DNA of 64,000 bases from Chara braunii (GCA_003427395.1 BFEA01000034.1:2337491-2401490), one strand, 5' to 3'. Shown: positions 38,552-51,818, counted from the stretch's first letter. Translations and numbers: made by a program. The notes: generated by a model not told the origin, from the letters alone.

Positions 38552-39138
38552 AATATGAAAAAAATATGCTATGAGAAAAATAAATTAAACAAGATTTGTC
38601 TGAGAAAAATATATAGCTAAATGCCCTGAAAATTTACAGATGTATACTTCACATACTACAATACCCACTAAAAAAGTTTCAAAAAATAATAAAATTATTT
38701 AGACCCCGAACTAAAGTGAAAACAAAAAGTAAAAAGTAAAAAAAATTGTGGGCGAGCACATTTTGATACCGCAATCTTTGGCGATTTTTAATTCTTATTT
38801 CGTTGAGCCAAATGACGTCAAATCTTATAGGCATGTACCTCACGTCATGGAGAACTCACAAAAAACAATTCAAAAAAAAAAAAAATAGGCCTCAAAATGA
38901 TCTTTGAGAAGGGCCGAACGCCGACGGGTTCGGACCCCGTACGGGACCCCAAACGCCCGTGCGTACGGAGGTCAGCCCGGGGACNNNNNNNNNNNNNNNT
39001 AGTAAGAGCCACTGGCGCATGGGGAACTGGTGCCTTAAGCAGGCCATTGGATGTGATACTAGATCGAGCAGAGTGTAACTTGGCGCACTTATCGAGGATG
39101 ATTGTGCAAGAAGAAACACGGACCAAAAAAACGGACCG

Positions 39139-39174
<36 letters not shown>

Positions 39175-39229
39175 TAATAATACTCAGTAGCGGAAATTTT
39201 AACATAACTACTCTCGCCCTTCTTTTCAG

Positions 39230-39532
39230 ATGGCAGCAGGGACGACGGTCTATTACCTTTTCCGTAATCCTGACGCAGCAGCGGAAAGGGTCGAGTCTCA
39301 AAGACGTAGTCGAGAAAGATTAGAGATAATAGGACGGCTCGTCTACAATCCTTATGAATTATACCTAGAGGAGGACGTTACTCGGTTCTGGGACGGCAGT
39401 GCGCGGAATCCTCCTAGGCTACTCATTTTCAGATTAAGAACCGGGCTAGGCATTCTTCACTACGAGTTCGTACCACCACTGCCCGATCGCGATTTTGCCA
39501 ACATGAACTTAGTCGCTCCTCTGATGAGATAA
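39230..39532 (+). CDS. Hypothetical 100-aa ORF inside LTR
   Basis: ATG directly after a TTTTCAG acceptor-like site. Non-repetitive composition. No recognised domain. Confidence 0.3.
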   Translation: MAAGTTVYYLFRNPDAAAERVESQRRSRERLEIIGRLVYNPYELYLEEDVTRFWDGSARNPPRLLIFRLRTGLGILHYEFVPPLPDRDFANMNLVAPLMR

Positions 39533-39692
39533 ATCCTCGAATGGACGAAATTCCTGAAATAAGGCTGATGTTCGTCCGTTCTGTACTTTGGTTAAACGAA
39601 CGACAGGGACTTTTTTTGGTCATATATCATACAAAACGAGTGCGAGCAAACAGGTTCATTATTCTACGTGTTGAGTCATTCTCTGAGTATGC

Positions 39693-40295
39693 ATGACAAG
39701 ACGAGGAGGACGAACTCAAGGAAAAATTAAGCGACTAATGCAGGTTTGCTCTGACATGCAGATGCCTGGAGCTCGTCGAGATTTGAGTATCTCGAGGTAC
39801 CTGCTGGTTCATGATACACTTGAAGACGATCTCATCAGAGGAGCGAAGCAACTTCTACGAGTTCGAGACGGTTCTCCTATTGAGTGGATCAGCGTCATCG
39901 GATTGCTCCGCAATGGCGAGGGATTCTTCCCTAATACTCGCGCGGATTTCCGGGCCAATACGGCTCGGACCTCAGATGAGTTCTTTGGATATACTTTGTA
40001 TTTCCACCGCGCGAGCAATCTCCAATGTCTCTCTCGACTCATTGTGAGCATCAAGATTACCTCGTCCAGCCGACGTTTCGGCGTCGTTCGGATCCGGGAT
40101 ACAGAGACTAGACATTTGTTTGGACTTAGTCGGCCTCTTCGAATCATAGTATGGAGACTAGCCTTACGGATGATCTCCTTCTACGGTGCTCGAACCATTA
40201 CAGTTATGCGAGGTGGGCGAGCGATGACCCTGGTTTTCGACGGCGACGAGCTTGCGATATTAGATTCATTGGAGGCTCAGGTGCGTGGCAGATGA
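39693..40295 (+). CDS. Hypothetical 200-aa ORF inside LTR
   Basis: One of the longest non-repetitive ORFs outside gag. ATGA stop/start overlaps at both ends. No recognised domain. Confidence 0.35.
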   Translation: MTRRGGRTQGKIKRLMQVCSDMQMPGARRDLSISRYLLVHDTLEDDLIRGAKQLLRVRDGSPIEWISVIGLLRNGEGFFPNTRADFRANTARTSDEFFGYTLYFHRASNLQCLSRLIVSIKITSSSRRFGVVRIRDTETRHLFGLSRPLRIIVWRLALRMISFYGARTITVMRGGRAMTLVFDGDELAILDSLEAQVRGR

Positions 40296-40879
40296 CAAGT
40301 TTACCAGGGTTAGACACCGCTTTCTGGAAATCTTACTCATATTTCAGAAAACCCCTCACATAAATTAATCCCGTCAAGGGAGCCATATTATTTATGGCCT
40401 CACGAGGTGATCTCAAAACACAAAACAAAAACATATTATGTAGATAGGACTGCCAGATGGATAGTATCTAGATTACCCCGATGACGGCACTATCATGCTT
40501 ATGCAATAAGGGGTAAGCACATGCGTAAAAACGCATGTAAGAAGCAAGAAGGAGACGAAAGCGAAGGTGGGGTCGAACCGAGAGTTCAAACTTCGATCAG
40601 GAACCAGATCACTTGTTGATCTGCATGGTAGCAATGGTATTTACTTGCAGAAGTTACCCATGAAAAACTTCTGTAGGTACGATGTTGTCCTAAATTCAGA
40701 ACGTGGAAAAAGTCTAACTTTAGCTTAAAAGGCTTGAAATTATGACGAGTAGGAAAACTCATAGCATGACCCTTTTTTGACAGACTAAGCCTATTAAAAA
40801 GTTGTGCTATAATTGTTGAGCTGGTTAATATGAAAAAGTGACTTCATGTGTATTATTTTTGATAATTTCGTATGAATAA

Positions 40880-40928
<49 letters not shown>

Positions 40929-41751
40929 ATGAGGAAATTGTGTGCAAGGGATTATGGTCGAGTTGTTGTTGGTTTCTATACTTGACTGAAACCAGCTTAG
41001 TCGACCGGCGTACGCTTCATTCTCAGGAGATTAGCGCCCTAAGTGGTGGACGGCGTCCGGGTTCAGCAGACGTTTAAATCTCGTATACATATACTACAGT
41101 GTGCGAGCAAACGCTCTCGGCTGACCCACCTTTGCAACTGCATATAAAAGTTTTCGCATGTGGGTCAGTAGCTCGGTAGGGATACGCCCCAAAGGGTGGT
41201 GACAGCTCCTTAGGAAAACAAACTTATGCCTCGTGGGAACCTGTCCTGTCGTAGGGGACCACGGGAAGTACAGCTGGCGCACCCGGTTAGAGTGGTGAAG
41301 GGACGACGTTACCGTACAATGCCTCGGCGGCTTACGAAAACTTTTTTTCACGTTATCCTCGAGTTGTCTCCATGTTTTTTTTTTAGTAACTCCTGCGTGA
41401 CGTGGCCGGGAGGGCCCTCGCTCACGTGGGGGCCGATGCGCTCGACAACGCAGAGTCACATTAATGCAAACCATGGTTAATATATGACACTAGATACACC
41501 TAGCACCCTCCTTGTAACTCTGCAGTACCCCGATCAGTAAATTTCTAACTGCAATTGCCACTACTAGGTGTCAAAGTACACTTGCACCCTTACCACATAC
41601 CTCCATTCAATAGTATACTCCCATCAGAAACATCAACACACTACTTTTCATTAACTTATTTATCGCCAATATCAAAGATTGTCGTTTTGCCTGGATCATC
41701 AGCCTGCTTTCAACCTGGGTTCGTTCTCTAAGGATCCCAGTAGGCAGCCGA

Positions 41752-41771
41752 GATCCCCTGCAACGGCGCCA
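41752..41771 (-). promoter_or_regulatory. Primer binding site, tRNA-Asp
   Basis: Minus strand TGGCGCCGTTGCAGGGGATC, 2 nt after the LTR end GACA. Complementary to the plant tRNA-Asp 3' end (Athila-type PBS). Confidence 0.92.
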
Positions 41772-41773
41772 CC

Positions 41774-42189
41774 TGTCGAGCGCATCGGTCCCACAGGGGA
41801 ACCCTCCCAACAGCGTCACGCAGGATTTTGCAGGACTTCTCATAGAGCGCGGTTTGCTGCTCTGGCCGAGTGCGTCATCCGTACCTCTCGCGAATCCCTA
41901 CGATATGATAGGGTCACACGAGGCACTGCTTACCTTCACCCGCGCGAGCTGTCACCATCCCTTGGGTGGGCGTATCCCCGCCGAGCTACCGAACCACGTG
42001 CAAAAGCTTTCCGTATGCAATCGCAGAGGTGGCCCGACCGAGGGCGTTTCTTGTTCGTCGTAGTATAGGGGGTACACGCGATCAACGCCCCTCAATTGGA
42101 CCCACACGTGACGCATTGGGGTTGAGGTCCCAAGCGCGACTCGTCGTCGGTCGATATGGACGCAATCCACTCACCACGCGTTCCACCAT

Positions 42190-42229
<40 letters not shown>

Positions 42230-44559
42230 TCTCCTAGTCCCTTTAGTATCCACCCATAACCTTTTAACATGAAAATCGGTTAGGTGTCGCGCACGAGACT
42301 CAAGATAAAACCGCGCAGACACTTGGGGTTTCTCATATCGACCAGCAATGCAAGTATACGCACGCAATCGTATCGATGGAGTACTATGCAGTACCCATAA
42401 TCACACGATCTTGAATGATCTCGAGGATCGCGTTCGACACTCAAGTGTCAGCTGACACGCACCTTGAGGGGTTAATCTTTCGATGTTAGACGACCGCCAA
42501 GGCGGTTGATCACCACACCCGCTTCTGCACCCTGTGGAGAGTGGGTGGTAAACAGGTTCATACCTGTGGTGACAATCGTCTCTTATTGCCCTGGAGACCA
42601 ACTCCACCATCCATGGCGTGGAGAGAACTCAAGAGGTTTGACTTTGACGGCTGCCACAGACTATAACGTCCAACTATAAAATTCTCAAAGCAAAAGGATA
42701 AAAGGGGAATCTTCGTTTCCTCTCAAAGCAGAATTTGTTTAACCCTTGCGCACGATCATAATAGGCCTCGCGAATGCCCAACGCGTATATATGTACATAT
42801 ATATATAGAGGGGTATAAATATGTGACAATCACTTATCACAATCACAGTAAGACTCCTCTCAGCCATATATACTTAAGTGATCGCAGACAGTCAAATCCA
42901 AAATCCGGACCACCAAATATATTTGCAATCACATCAAAGATTCAACCAAAAGTCCTTGTACTACACGAGGTCAACTTCAACCATTCTTTGTGCTCACACC
43001 CCTCGTTTTAGCCATACAAGCCTCACTCTTTATGCAACTCTCAAAATAAAATACTCAGCATCTTTATTACATAACCATTCCAATAAAGTCTGGGTAAAAA
43101 CACAGCGAAACAAATCAAACCACAGGGTTAAAACCTTTAGGTTGAGTGGCAAGAGTGAAGTGGAGTTGAGTTGAAAAACCGACGAGTCGGCAACCGACCT
43201 GTTATCAGTGATAACAGAAGATGATTCTCATGGGATCAAGCTGATACTAGTTCAATCTTGAATCAATTTGAATAAAGGTGACCTGCAATGCAGCAAAGGT
43301 CAGTGCCCAAGCCATGCTTGAATGATCATGAAATAAACGTACCTTTCTTACTAGCCTCTGACGTTTATAAAAAAAATGTCAGGAATTTCGGTAGTATATC
43401 CCCTAAACGAGGGTAGACTGTCGAATCCTCAAGTTCTAAAATACCCTAACTCTTTTAAAATATAGAAAATTTCGGTAGCGCTTCCCGTAAGAAATGTGTC
43501 TTCCCAAAATTTATACAAAGCCAGAAATATAAAATAAACTTATCCCAAAAAATGCTGAAATTGAACCTAGAAAATGCAAGAATTGAACTAACTACTAGAG
43601 CTTCAGCACACGGCGAGCATCTAAAGCGACTAAGCTATCAAGAGATGCCCCAAATGATTGTCCGTAAATATGCATAAACAAATATCCCTCTCAATCCCAC
43701 ATCAGTTTGATCCAAGTAACTCGTTAATCTCTCAGTTCTTTTACCCCTTTATGACCTCTTTTCCTATGGCATAGGATTAGACCACCCCAACGTAGGGGTA
43801 CGCCTGACCTACCTAAGCAAGTGATTGGGATACACACAAGTAGGTTGCCCCAACTTAGGGGTATGCCCAACTTACATGACTGAAACGTATGTTTCAGACT
43901 GCCCCAACTTAGGGGTATGCCCAACCGAACATAAACTATGAACATGAAGCATATGACCAGACCGCCCGAACTTAGGTGTACGCATGTCTTCTGCTTAACT
44001 GACGACATGAAGCATAAGACTAGACTGCCCCAACTTAGGGGTATGCCAAAGTCAGCCTTAAGCGAAGTTTACGTAAGGCATAGGATTAGACTGCCCCAAC
44101 TTAGGGGTATGCCTAACCGAGCTTAACAAGTACGAACGACGAATGGTCGGATCGCCCTAACTTAAGGGTATGTCCAACCTACATAACATCAACGACAGGG
44201 GCATATTGTTAGGCCGCTCCAACTTAAGGGTACGCCTAGTTAGCCTAAACAATTTAAATTACATAAGGCAAAGTGGCCAGACCGCTCTAACTTAAGGGTA
44301 CGCCTGATCTGCCTAAACAAGTTACAAAACGATGTATGACTAAGCCGCCCCAACTTAGGGATACGCTTAGCCTCCGTGACAACATTGCAAGCAACCATAA
44401 ATACTTTGCACAAACTTTACAACTTTCTTTCTTCTTACGCAGATCGTCAGACCTACCCAACTTAGGGACACATCCGACCCTGCCTTGTGTTTAAGAGGGA
44501 AAATAAAGAAGTTTTATACTAATTGTCTGCCTCTTTTGTATTATCACGAGCATAGGATC
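41774..44559 (-). mobile_element. 3' part of a 5' LTR, interrupted by the 44560 element
   Basis: GACA terminus plus PBS. Collinear with 23486-27205. Confidence 0.88.
43776..44480. repeat. Array of 11 hairpin units, core YGCCCCAACTTAGGGGTAY
   Basis: Period about 55-62 bp. Flanks are self-complementary, for example CTAAGC/GCTTAG and TAGGC/GCCTA. Confidence 0.9.
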
Positions 44560-47500
44560 TGTCGTACCAAACACGCTTACAAGGGTATTTGCCGTGTTTC
44601 CTGCAAGTTACGCCAGTGCAGCCTCGACCGTCTGCTGGCGCACGCACGAGAGGAATCTTAGGATCTCGCCTGGGTGAGCGGGGCGCGCGGGGTGTTGACC
44701 GCGAGGAGCCACCATACGCAGCCTGAGGGTGCGAGGCGTCGCGGACCAACGGGACGCGCGGCGTTCATTCTCATTTTAATTGTTTATTTATTTGTCTACC
44801 TTCTCATGGCTTTTAGTTCAGTGGTTGATTCCGAGGCCGGCGTCGGGACCAACGGGTCTGGCTCAGCTATTAGATTGTCGAACACGGAAGGTCGTCGCGA
44901 CAGTCGAGGACCTTGAGCGCTCGTTCGACGGGTCCGCGTGTTCGGGATACCGGCGAAGGTCCTCCATGACGTCGTTGCTGAGAACGGGGCGCGGTTAGGG
45001 TTTGAGTTCATAATTACATTTGAGGAAAAAGGGCCGGTAATGCTGAACGTATATGACCTACGTTCGGGTTCGGCGATGTCGCGTAGGGGTGTGATGTAGT
45101 CGAGGGATTGCCTGGAGTGCGATTACAAATTATTCTCGAGACTGTGCAAAAGTTACCCCTTCATAATATTATGGGGAACCCCGTAGCAGCCACAACCGGG
45201 CTCAAGCCTCCAACGAGGGGGAGCTGCACCCACTAGCAGGTGCGATACCTGCTGCAGCAGGTAGGAAAACCTAGTCAGGGGTCGGCCGATAGTATCAGGG
45301 TCGGGCTTCGTTTATAGGGTAGTCGTTGTGCCTCCCCTCAGGTCCCTTCCTCCTATGAGCACCGAGGCAGTCGCTACTCAGTGCCACTTAGGGAGGACCG
45401 ACGACATATCTCTGGGTTGCGGGTTTGGGTCCCGACGTGCAGCGCCGGGGAGCAGCGGTCGGAGCGACGGTGCAAGCGGTCGGTGGGTAGACCGCTACAA
45501 GGCACCGTCAGGTTGAAACAGGTAAGGACAAGCTAGCCGGGCAGCGCTGCGTTAGCAGCAACGAACAACGCTAAGGGCAGTGACGTGAGGCAGCAAGTGG
45601 TAAGACTGTGAGGGGGAGCGACGAGCAGCGGGGCGGGCTGGATAGCGTTGTGCAACGGTGGGTGAGCGACGGGCAGCGGGGCAGGCGGATAGCGCTATGC
45701 AACAGCGGGCGGAGCGACAACACAGTAGAGACGAGCAGCAGAGGGGAGCGAAGTGCCAAAGAGGGGAACAAACCCGGCTGGAAAGTGTGTCGGGTGCATG
45801 TGAGGAGCCGCGGGCAGTGGAGAAAAGATAAGGGTCTGAACGCAAAAAGTGCACTGAGTGCAGACAGAGGGGAAAAACGGGCGGGGAAAACAACTGAGCA
45901 CAGAGAATAAATCCGGATGCAAAGTCGCGCCGGATGCATGCGGAGAATGGAAGAAGTGGCTATGGCAAGAGCTAGAACTGCTTAACACACCGGATCCACA
46001 ATAGATTTGAGCGAGGAAAAGTAGTAGATAGGGGTTTATTGGAGGGGCGAACCTATTGGAAACGTTAGATTAGCATAAGAGTTAATGTTAGAAAAGTTAG
46101 GAGGGAAAAGCACCGTGCGGAGAGGAAGGAAGAAAGAAGGAGATGGAGAGTGAGATCGTCGTAACTCAGTCAATCCTAGACCGTTTTTGGCGAAGCAGGG
46201 TGGGATTCCATGGTTTTTGGCCAAGGCGAATCTATTGGTGAGGTTAGTTTCTAGTGTTAATGAATAGATTTTGAGATACGAAGGAATGGAGCCGCGTGAT
46301 GATACTGTGAGAGAGGGAGGTGGTGAGAGTGATTGTCACGGAGCTCGATCAGTTCTTGGTGAAAAGGGGCAAGGAAAGATGTTGGATGGGGGGGTTGGGA
46401 TGCTGAGAGCAGGATGGTGTAGGTTTCGTGTCATGATGAGCATGGGATGCATCGGGGGAGTAATTGGTTGAATATGGAATGAATATACCCGCATGTTAGG
46501 GGCAGATTCATTCGATTCTACTCATCCCAACTACGGGGGAGAGCGGACTTTCCTGCATGACCACGCCATCATTCTTAAACAGTGGGAATCTTGCGGGCGG
46601 TCTTCCTTGTGAAGATGTTGTCATTGTTGTTGCAGCAGTCGTTGTACGGCTGAACCCGGTCGAGATCTGGGGCAGGTGATCAGAAACAGGAGATAAAAAG
46701 GGGGGGGAATAAAGAAAGTGGGAGGCCACAGAGCAACAACGGGCGGGATTGCCTAGTGCGCGCGTGTATCTTCCTGCCTTTCGGCGGAAGGTTCATTCAA
46801 TTTTACTTATAAGCTTCTATAGAAGCTTGCATGAGGCGACCTCGCGGGGTTGGAAACTTACCTGTTGCCCGGTGCGATGCTCGTCCCAGCGGCTGAAGGT
46901 CCGCAAGAGAGAGAGAGGGAGAGAGAGAAAGAGAGGCCACTTACCTAGGCAGGGAAGGAGGCGGGATCGGGAGGCTACCACCCACAGAGCCGGGCATATC
47001 GAGATGGGGGCCGCTCATTTCGGGACGTTTGTGTTGCTCGTAGGTGATGATGGGCGTTCATCGGAGTGATTCCCAGGCTCATTGGATGATGGGAGCCAAC
47101 AGTTTGCGGGTTTCAATTGTGATATGAGTTGGTCATGTGCTTCTTCGCTCCGTGTTGGATGTGTGGATTTCCTCGTCTGAACCTCGTCGCTGCCCTGCGG
47201 CCTGTGACCCGTTTGCTTGCATGTGTTTTTTTGCGGGTTGCTGAGTTCACTGTGCGGTGTGACCGGGTCGTTGGTGTTGCCTCGTGCCCCACTGCTTTGC
47301 TGCCGTACTGCTCATCGGCAGGTCGTACTTCCCTGAACGGGCCGATACACACTTACAAGAAGGCGGGCATGCTAAGAGGGCCTGCTGCGAATGAGTATGG
47401 TCAGCACCCGCTTCTCCATGCTGAGAAGGAGTAACCTGCGTTGTCAGTAGAAGAAAAGTTGTTTTCAAGGCATGTTGCAATATGTACTGTGGGTGGAACC

Positions 47501-50500
47501 CAGACTATACTAGGGGACAATCGGGAGTCTGAGAAATAGTCATTACTGAAAATTGAAGAGTCGGTTAGTGGGTTGTTACGGTGAACAGTTGGGCTGTTGC
47601 AGCGTATGTTGTGCTCTTTCGTGAGTAGACGGCGAACTCACTGTGGATCCTACTGAATTACTGAACGCATTGTTAGGCCTGCGAGGTGTGCCGTGTGTGT
47701 TGGGTGTTGCGGCTGTAGGGCTGATTGCACGACGGTAAGGTCGAACGGGGTTTGGCATTATGTATGGCTACGGGGCGGATTGCTGAGCACGGTTGATGTG
47801 TGCGCCGACAACCATCCTAGACTGCGTGGCGAGGTTGGTCCAACTAGCAAAAGGGGATCATTGCTGCAAATTGGAAAGTAGCTAGGGAGTCAACATGTGG
47901 AAGTTTAACTATAGATGACTAAGCAGGTTGTGTTTTGTTGGGGGTTGACTACGCATCACCAACCTTTTGATATAGTGTAAGAGAGATGTGCACTAGTGTC
48001 AAGTGACCGTGCCGCTTCATCGAGGCAGAGCGACGTGGAGGCACGATCAGGTTTGTGAAGGGGGGTTGTTACCGCAAGTTGGAGCATCGTCAAGAGGGTC
48101 AACAGTCGGTGATTGACTTCAGTTTGACCAGACAGCTGCGCATTCTGGCTGCCATTGAATCAAATAAAATCTTCGAAATAAAATCTTTGATTTTGACTAA
48201 ATTCTTCATTTCATGTGTTTCTTGATTTCATGTATTCTTGTTCAATTAAATATTTCATAACTCTATAATTATTCTTTGGGAATTCAAATAAAGATGTGCG
48301 AAATTCTAGTTATTGAACAAACCTAAAGAGTCTGAGCATTGTAAAAGTATCATTATAACTATGCTTCAGGCAAACCCTCATAAATTAAACACAACGACCA
48401 GGTCATTCAGCTTAGAAATAATGTCTGACCCTTCAGAAAACAGCCAAATAAACATAGCCCTGAGCCATTCAGCTTAGAAACAATGCCCGGTCCTTGGTTG
48501 ACCCGGTCAAACGCATGCCTTCTACCTTTCTCCCACCTTCCCCCAGTTCATTCCTTTGTCTGCATTCAATCAAAAAAAAATTAAAACTTACGCTTCACTC
48601 TCATACATTCCTTCCATTCGGTCTGATTAGGTCTTGGAAGAAAGCAAAGTCATAGGGGCAATCATGCATACGTCGGTCAAACAAAAGGGGAGTAGTCAAA
48701 CATGGGTATAGTGGGGTCATAAAGAAAGAAGAATATATACATCATAGTTCCCTGCCTCCAGAACCTCGCCTAGGTTCCAGCAGAGCTCCTGCAGTCGGTG
48801 GGTGGACTTCCCAAAGAGTCTTACTGCGGTCCTACGGGTTGCAACCCCGCCTGCCGCCTTCCTCTCAGAACCAATAGATTAGACTTAGACTCAGAAGGGT
48901 GGAAAGAGGAGCTTCATACTTTTGAGATAGAGGAGTGAGACTAACTCAACTCCCAAGAGAGGGACTTGATATCTGGATACGAAGGATTTAAGGTCTTGTT
49001 TATTTTGAGGAAGGATTCTGGTCTAAGGCTGAGCATTATTTCTAAGCTGAATGGTTTAGCCTGAAAACCACTCACATAAGTACAAACTGAGTATCAAGGG
49101 AAATAATTTATTTATATTTGCATGTGAACGGGCAGATGAGCATTGTTTCCAAGCCGAATGGTCCAACAGTGAGCCATATCACTAAGAAGAGAAGGAAAAT
49201 TACAGAGTACAATTGGAAATAGTCTCGGCAAGCTGAACATTGTTTCCAAGCCAAATGGTTCAGTCCCCTGCCCATATTTGTACTTTCTTTTCAGAACAAA
49301 GTCAGAAAAATATTAAACTTTGCATATTAAACAGTTCAGGGCGGCTGAACATTATTTCCAAGCCGAATGGTCTACTCAAATGCCCAAAGAATAGAGAAGT
49401 AGTAGTGCAACCTGTTCGTGTATATCCTAAGGCATGCTGGACATTGTTTCCAAGTTGAGTGGTCTAGCACTTGTGTCATATGTAAGTTGGGTATAAGGGT
49501 TGAATTACTTGAAGATTCATGAGCTATTTTATAAAAATTGACATTGGGATGGTTGAAGTACTTACGTTTGTGGTTTGGCCTACATGTAGCTTAGTGAGAT
49601 TACTACTTGATCCGAGTTTCAGTTTGACAGGTAGTTGCTTTAGACGCTTGCCACGTGGTAGAGCCATAGGAGTTAGTTTCAATTCCTGCATTTTCTAAGC
49701 TAAGTTTTTTTACTTAGGTTAATTTTTGCATTTTCTGGGATCATTTATTATACTCGGTCTTGTATAAATCTTGGTAAGCCACTTTCTGTACGGGAAGCGC
49801 TGCCGAAATTTCTACAAAACCAAGGAGTTGGTCAAAATTTGACTTTCGAAAGTTCAACTTGTCTAATCTTTATATATGGCTTAGTAAAAATCTGGAAAGT
49901 CTCCGTTTCTAAAGGGAGTGCTGCTCAAATTTTTGCTTAATTAGGGAGTCAGACAAAATTTGACTTTGAAAAGTTGAAGATCATTTTTGTTTTCATATTC
50001 GAGCTGATATAAATTATGGAAAAACGCTTTTCCTACGGGAAGTGCTGCCGAAATTTTCTTAGTTTAGAGGAGATATATTATATTTTGACAGGTGGCGACT
50101 CTGACGATCCACCCTGTATGGGGGGGATTTTGCCATAGGTCTACCTTTCTTTGGACACTGGCTTAGAGGCAAACCTAGACTTGAGTATCATGAGAGTCTT
50201 AAGTAAAAACGTGTCATGGGGATTTCATCTCCATGCATTAACGATTTAACTTGGACATTGACCTGTCTTATGATACAGACCTTCTTTGGACATTCGATGC
50301 AGGATTTTGATTAGTTACACCTTGATCTTACGAGGATTATCTTTTGTTATCACTGATAACCGGTCAGTTGGTTGATCGTCGACTTGTCGGCTCTCGACAC
50401 AACTTTACTTACACCTGTACCTCAAGTTGATTGGCTTAGCCCTGTGATTTGATATGTTTCTTTGAGGGTTTTAACCAGACTTCTTTTAAATGACCATTAT

Positions 50501-51816
50501 AAAGAATTTGTGAGATTTATGGAGATTTGGACTATGACTGAGGCTTGAGTATGCGAGGCGTGGTATGAGTTTCAGGGAACAACAAAGTTGACCATATTGG
50601 TGTATGGCAATGTGGCTATTGTGTGTGCCTGTGTTTTATGCAGATTAGTATTTTAGAGCTTGGTATATGAGAGTCGTACGTTGGAGACAGTCAGAATGAT
50701 AACTATGTGACGCACGATCTGCATACCTGATGGGTTTATGTTTCCCCTTCTTTTATTTTTATCTGGTGTCATAATTTGATATACGAGTGTTGGATGTTTA
50801 TTTATTTACTCATTGATTTTGCTTATTAATTTTGATGGTTGGACGTTGTAGTCCGTGGCAGCCGTCAAAGTCAAACCCCTTGACTTCTTTCCAGACCCTG
50901 GATGAGAGAGTTGGTCTCCAAGGCAATAAGAGACGATTTACACCACAGGTATGAACCTGGGTATCACCCACTCTCCGCAGGGTGCAGAAGAGGGTGTGGT
51001 TTTCAATTGCACTTGGCGGTTGTCCAGCGTCGAGAGATCATTCCCTCCAGCCGCGTGTCAGCAGATACTTGAGTGTCGAATGAGACCCTTGAGATTAACG
51101 AGGACCACATGAGTATGGGTACTACATAGTACGTCATCATCGCGATTGCTTGCGTATGCTTGCATTGCAAATCGATATGAGTTAGCCTTGCATTCGCGCG
51201 GTTTTATACTAAGTCTCGAGCGCGATGCCTATTCGATTTCCAGATCGGAGAGTTATGAGATGACTACTAAGGGACTAGGAGTGTTGTCGCGTTGTTTGCT
51301 CAGTGTCATTCTGTATATGTATATGTACATGCGTGTGAGTGTGTTTAATTTTTATGTTCTTTATAGTGGTGTACGCGTGGTGTGTGGGGTATATCCTAGT
51401 CGACCGATGACGGGTCGCGCTTGAGACTTCAGCCCCCCAAGATGTCGGTTCGCGTGCGGGTCCGATAGAGGCGTAATACCGCGCGTACCCCCTATGCTAC
51501 AACAAACGAGAAACGCCCTCGGCTGGTCCACCTCGATGATTGCAATTGATTAACTTTCGTACTGTGGACTAGTAGCTCGGCGGGGATACGCCCATCGAAC
51601 GGAGGTGACAACTCCCGTAAGGCGGAGGTAAGTCGTGCCTCGCGTAGGCCCTATCCTGTCGTAGGGGCTCGCGAGAGGTATGGCTGGCACACTGTGCCGG
51701 AGCGGCTTGTGGAAACTCCAAATATATTCGCGACGAGGATTTAGACCAACTCCTACGTGAAGTGGCTGGGAGGGTCCCACGCTGCCTTGTGCGGTGCCGG
51801 ACCGATGCGCTTGACA
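44560..51816 (+). repeat. 5' LTR (7257 bp)
   Basis: TGTC...GACA termini, followed by the PBS. Direct repeat of 57388-64000. Confidence 0.92.
48399..49470. repeat. Array of 7 hairpin units (first two inverted)
   Basis: Same core as the 14343-15789 array. Confidence 0.88.
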
Positions 51817-51818
51817 GG

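Larger units (their letters stand above)
21208..41447 (+). mobile_element. Divergent-subfamily solo LTR (about 7 kb after removing the nested 23486-36693 element)
   Basis: Starts TGTCGGGACGGAAACCCTGACAAGGGTAT and ends GATGCGCTCGACA with the conserved terminal block (41000-41447). TSD ACGT/ACGC. The host internal region resumes on both sides. Confidence 0.7.

Noticed and set aside
38307-39125. Duplicated ~125-bp segment and long poly(A) runs around an N gap
   Set aside because: Copies are diverged but adjoin a gap and low-quality homopolymers, so they cannot be interpreted.
39519-39560. Hammerhead-like CTGATGA...CGAAA
   Set aside because: No consistent stems I, II and III can be formed.
41680-41705. 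Minus-strand CTGATGATCCAGGCAAAAC hammerhead-like motif
   Set aside because: The GAAA box is mutated and there is no stem I or cleavage triplet.
43776-44480. CRISPR array
   Set aside because: Eukaryotic LTR context and no cas genes. Spacers are related to each other and between subfamilies (for example ACATAAGGCA), and the repeat arms vary.
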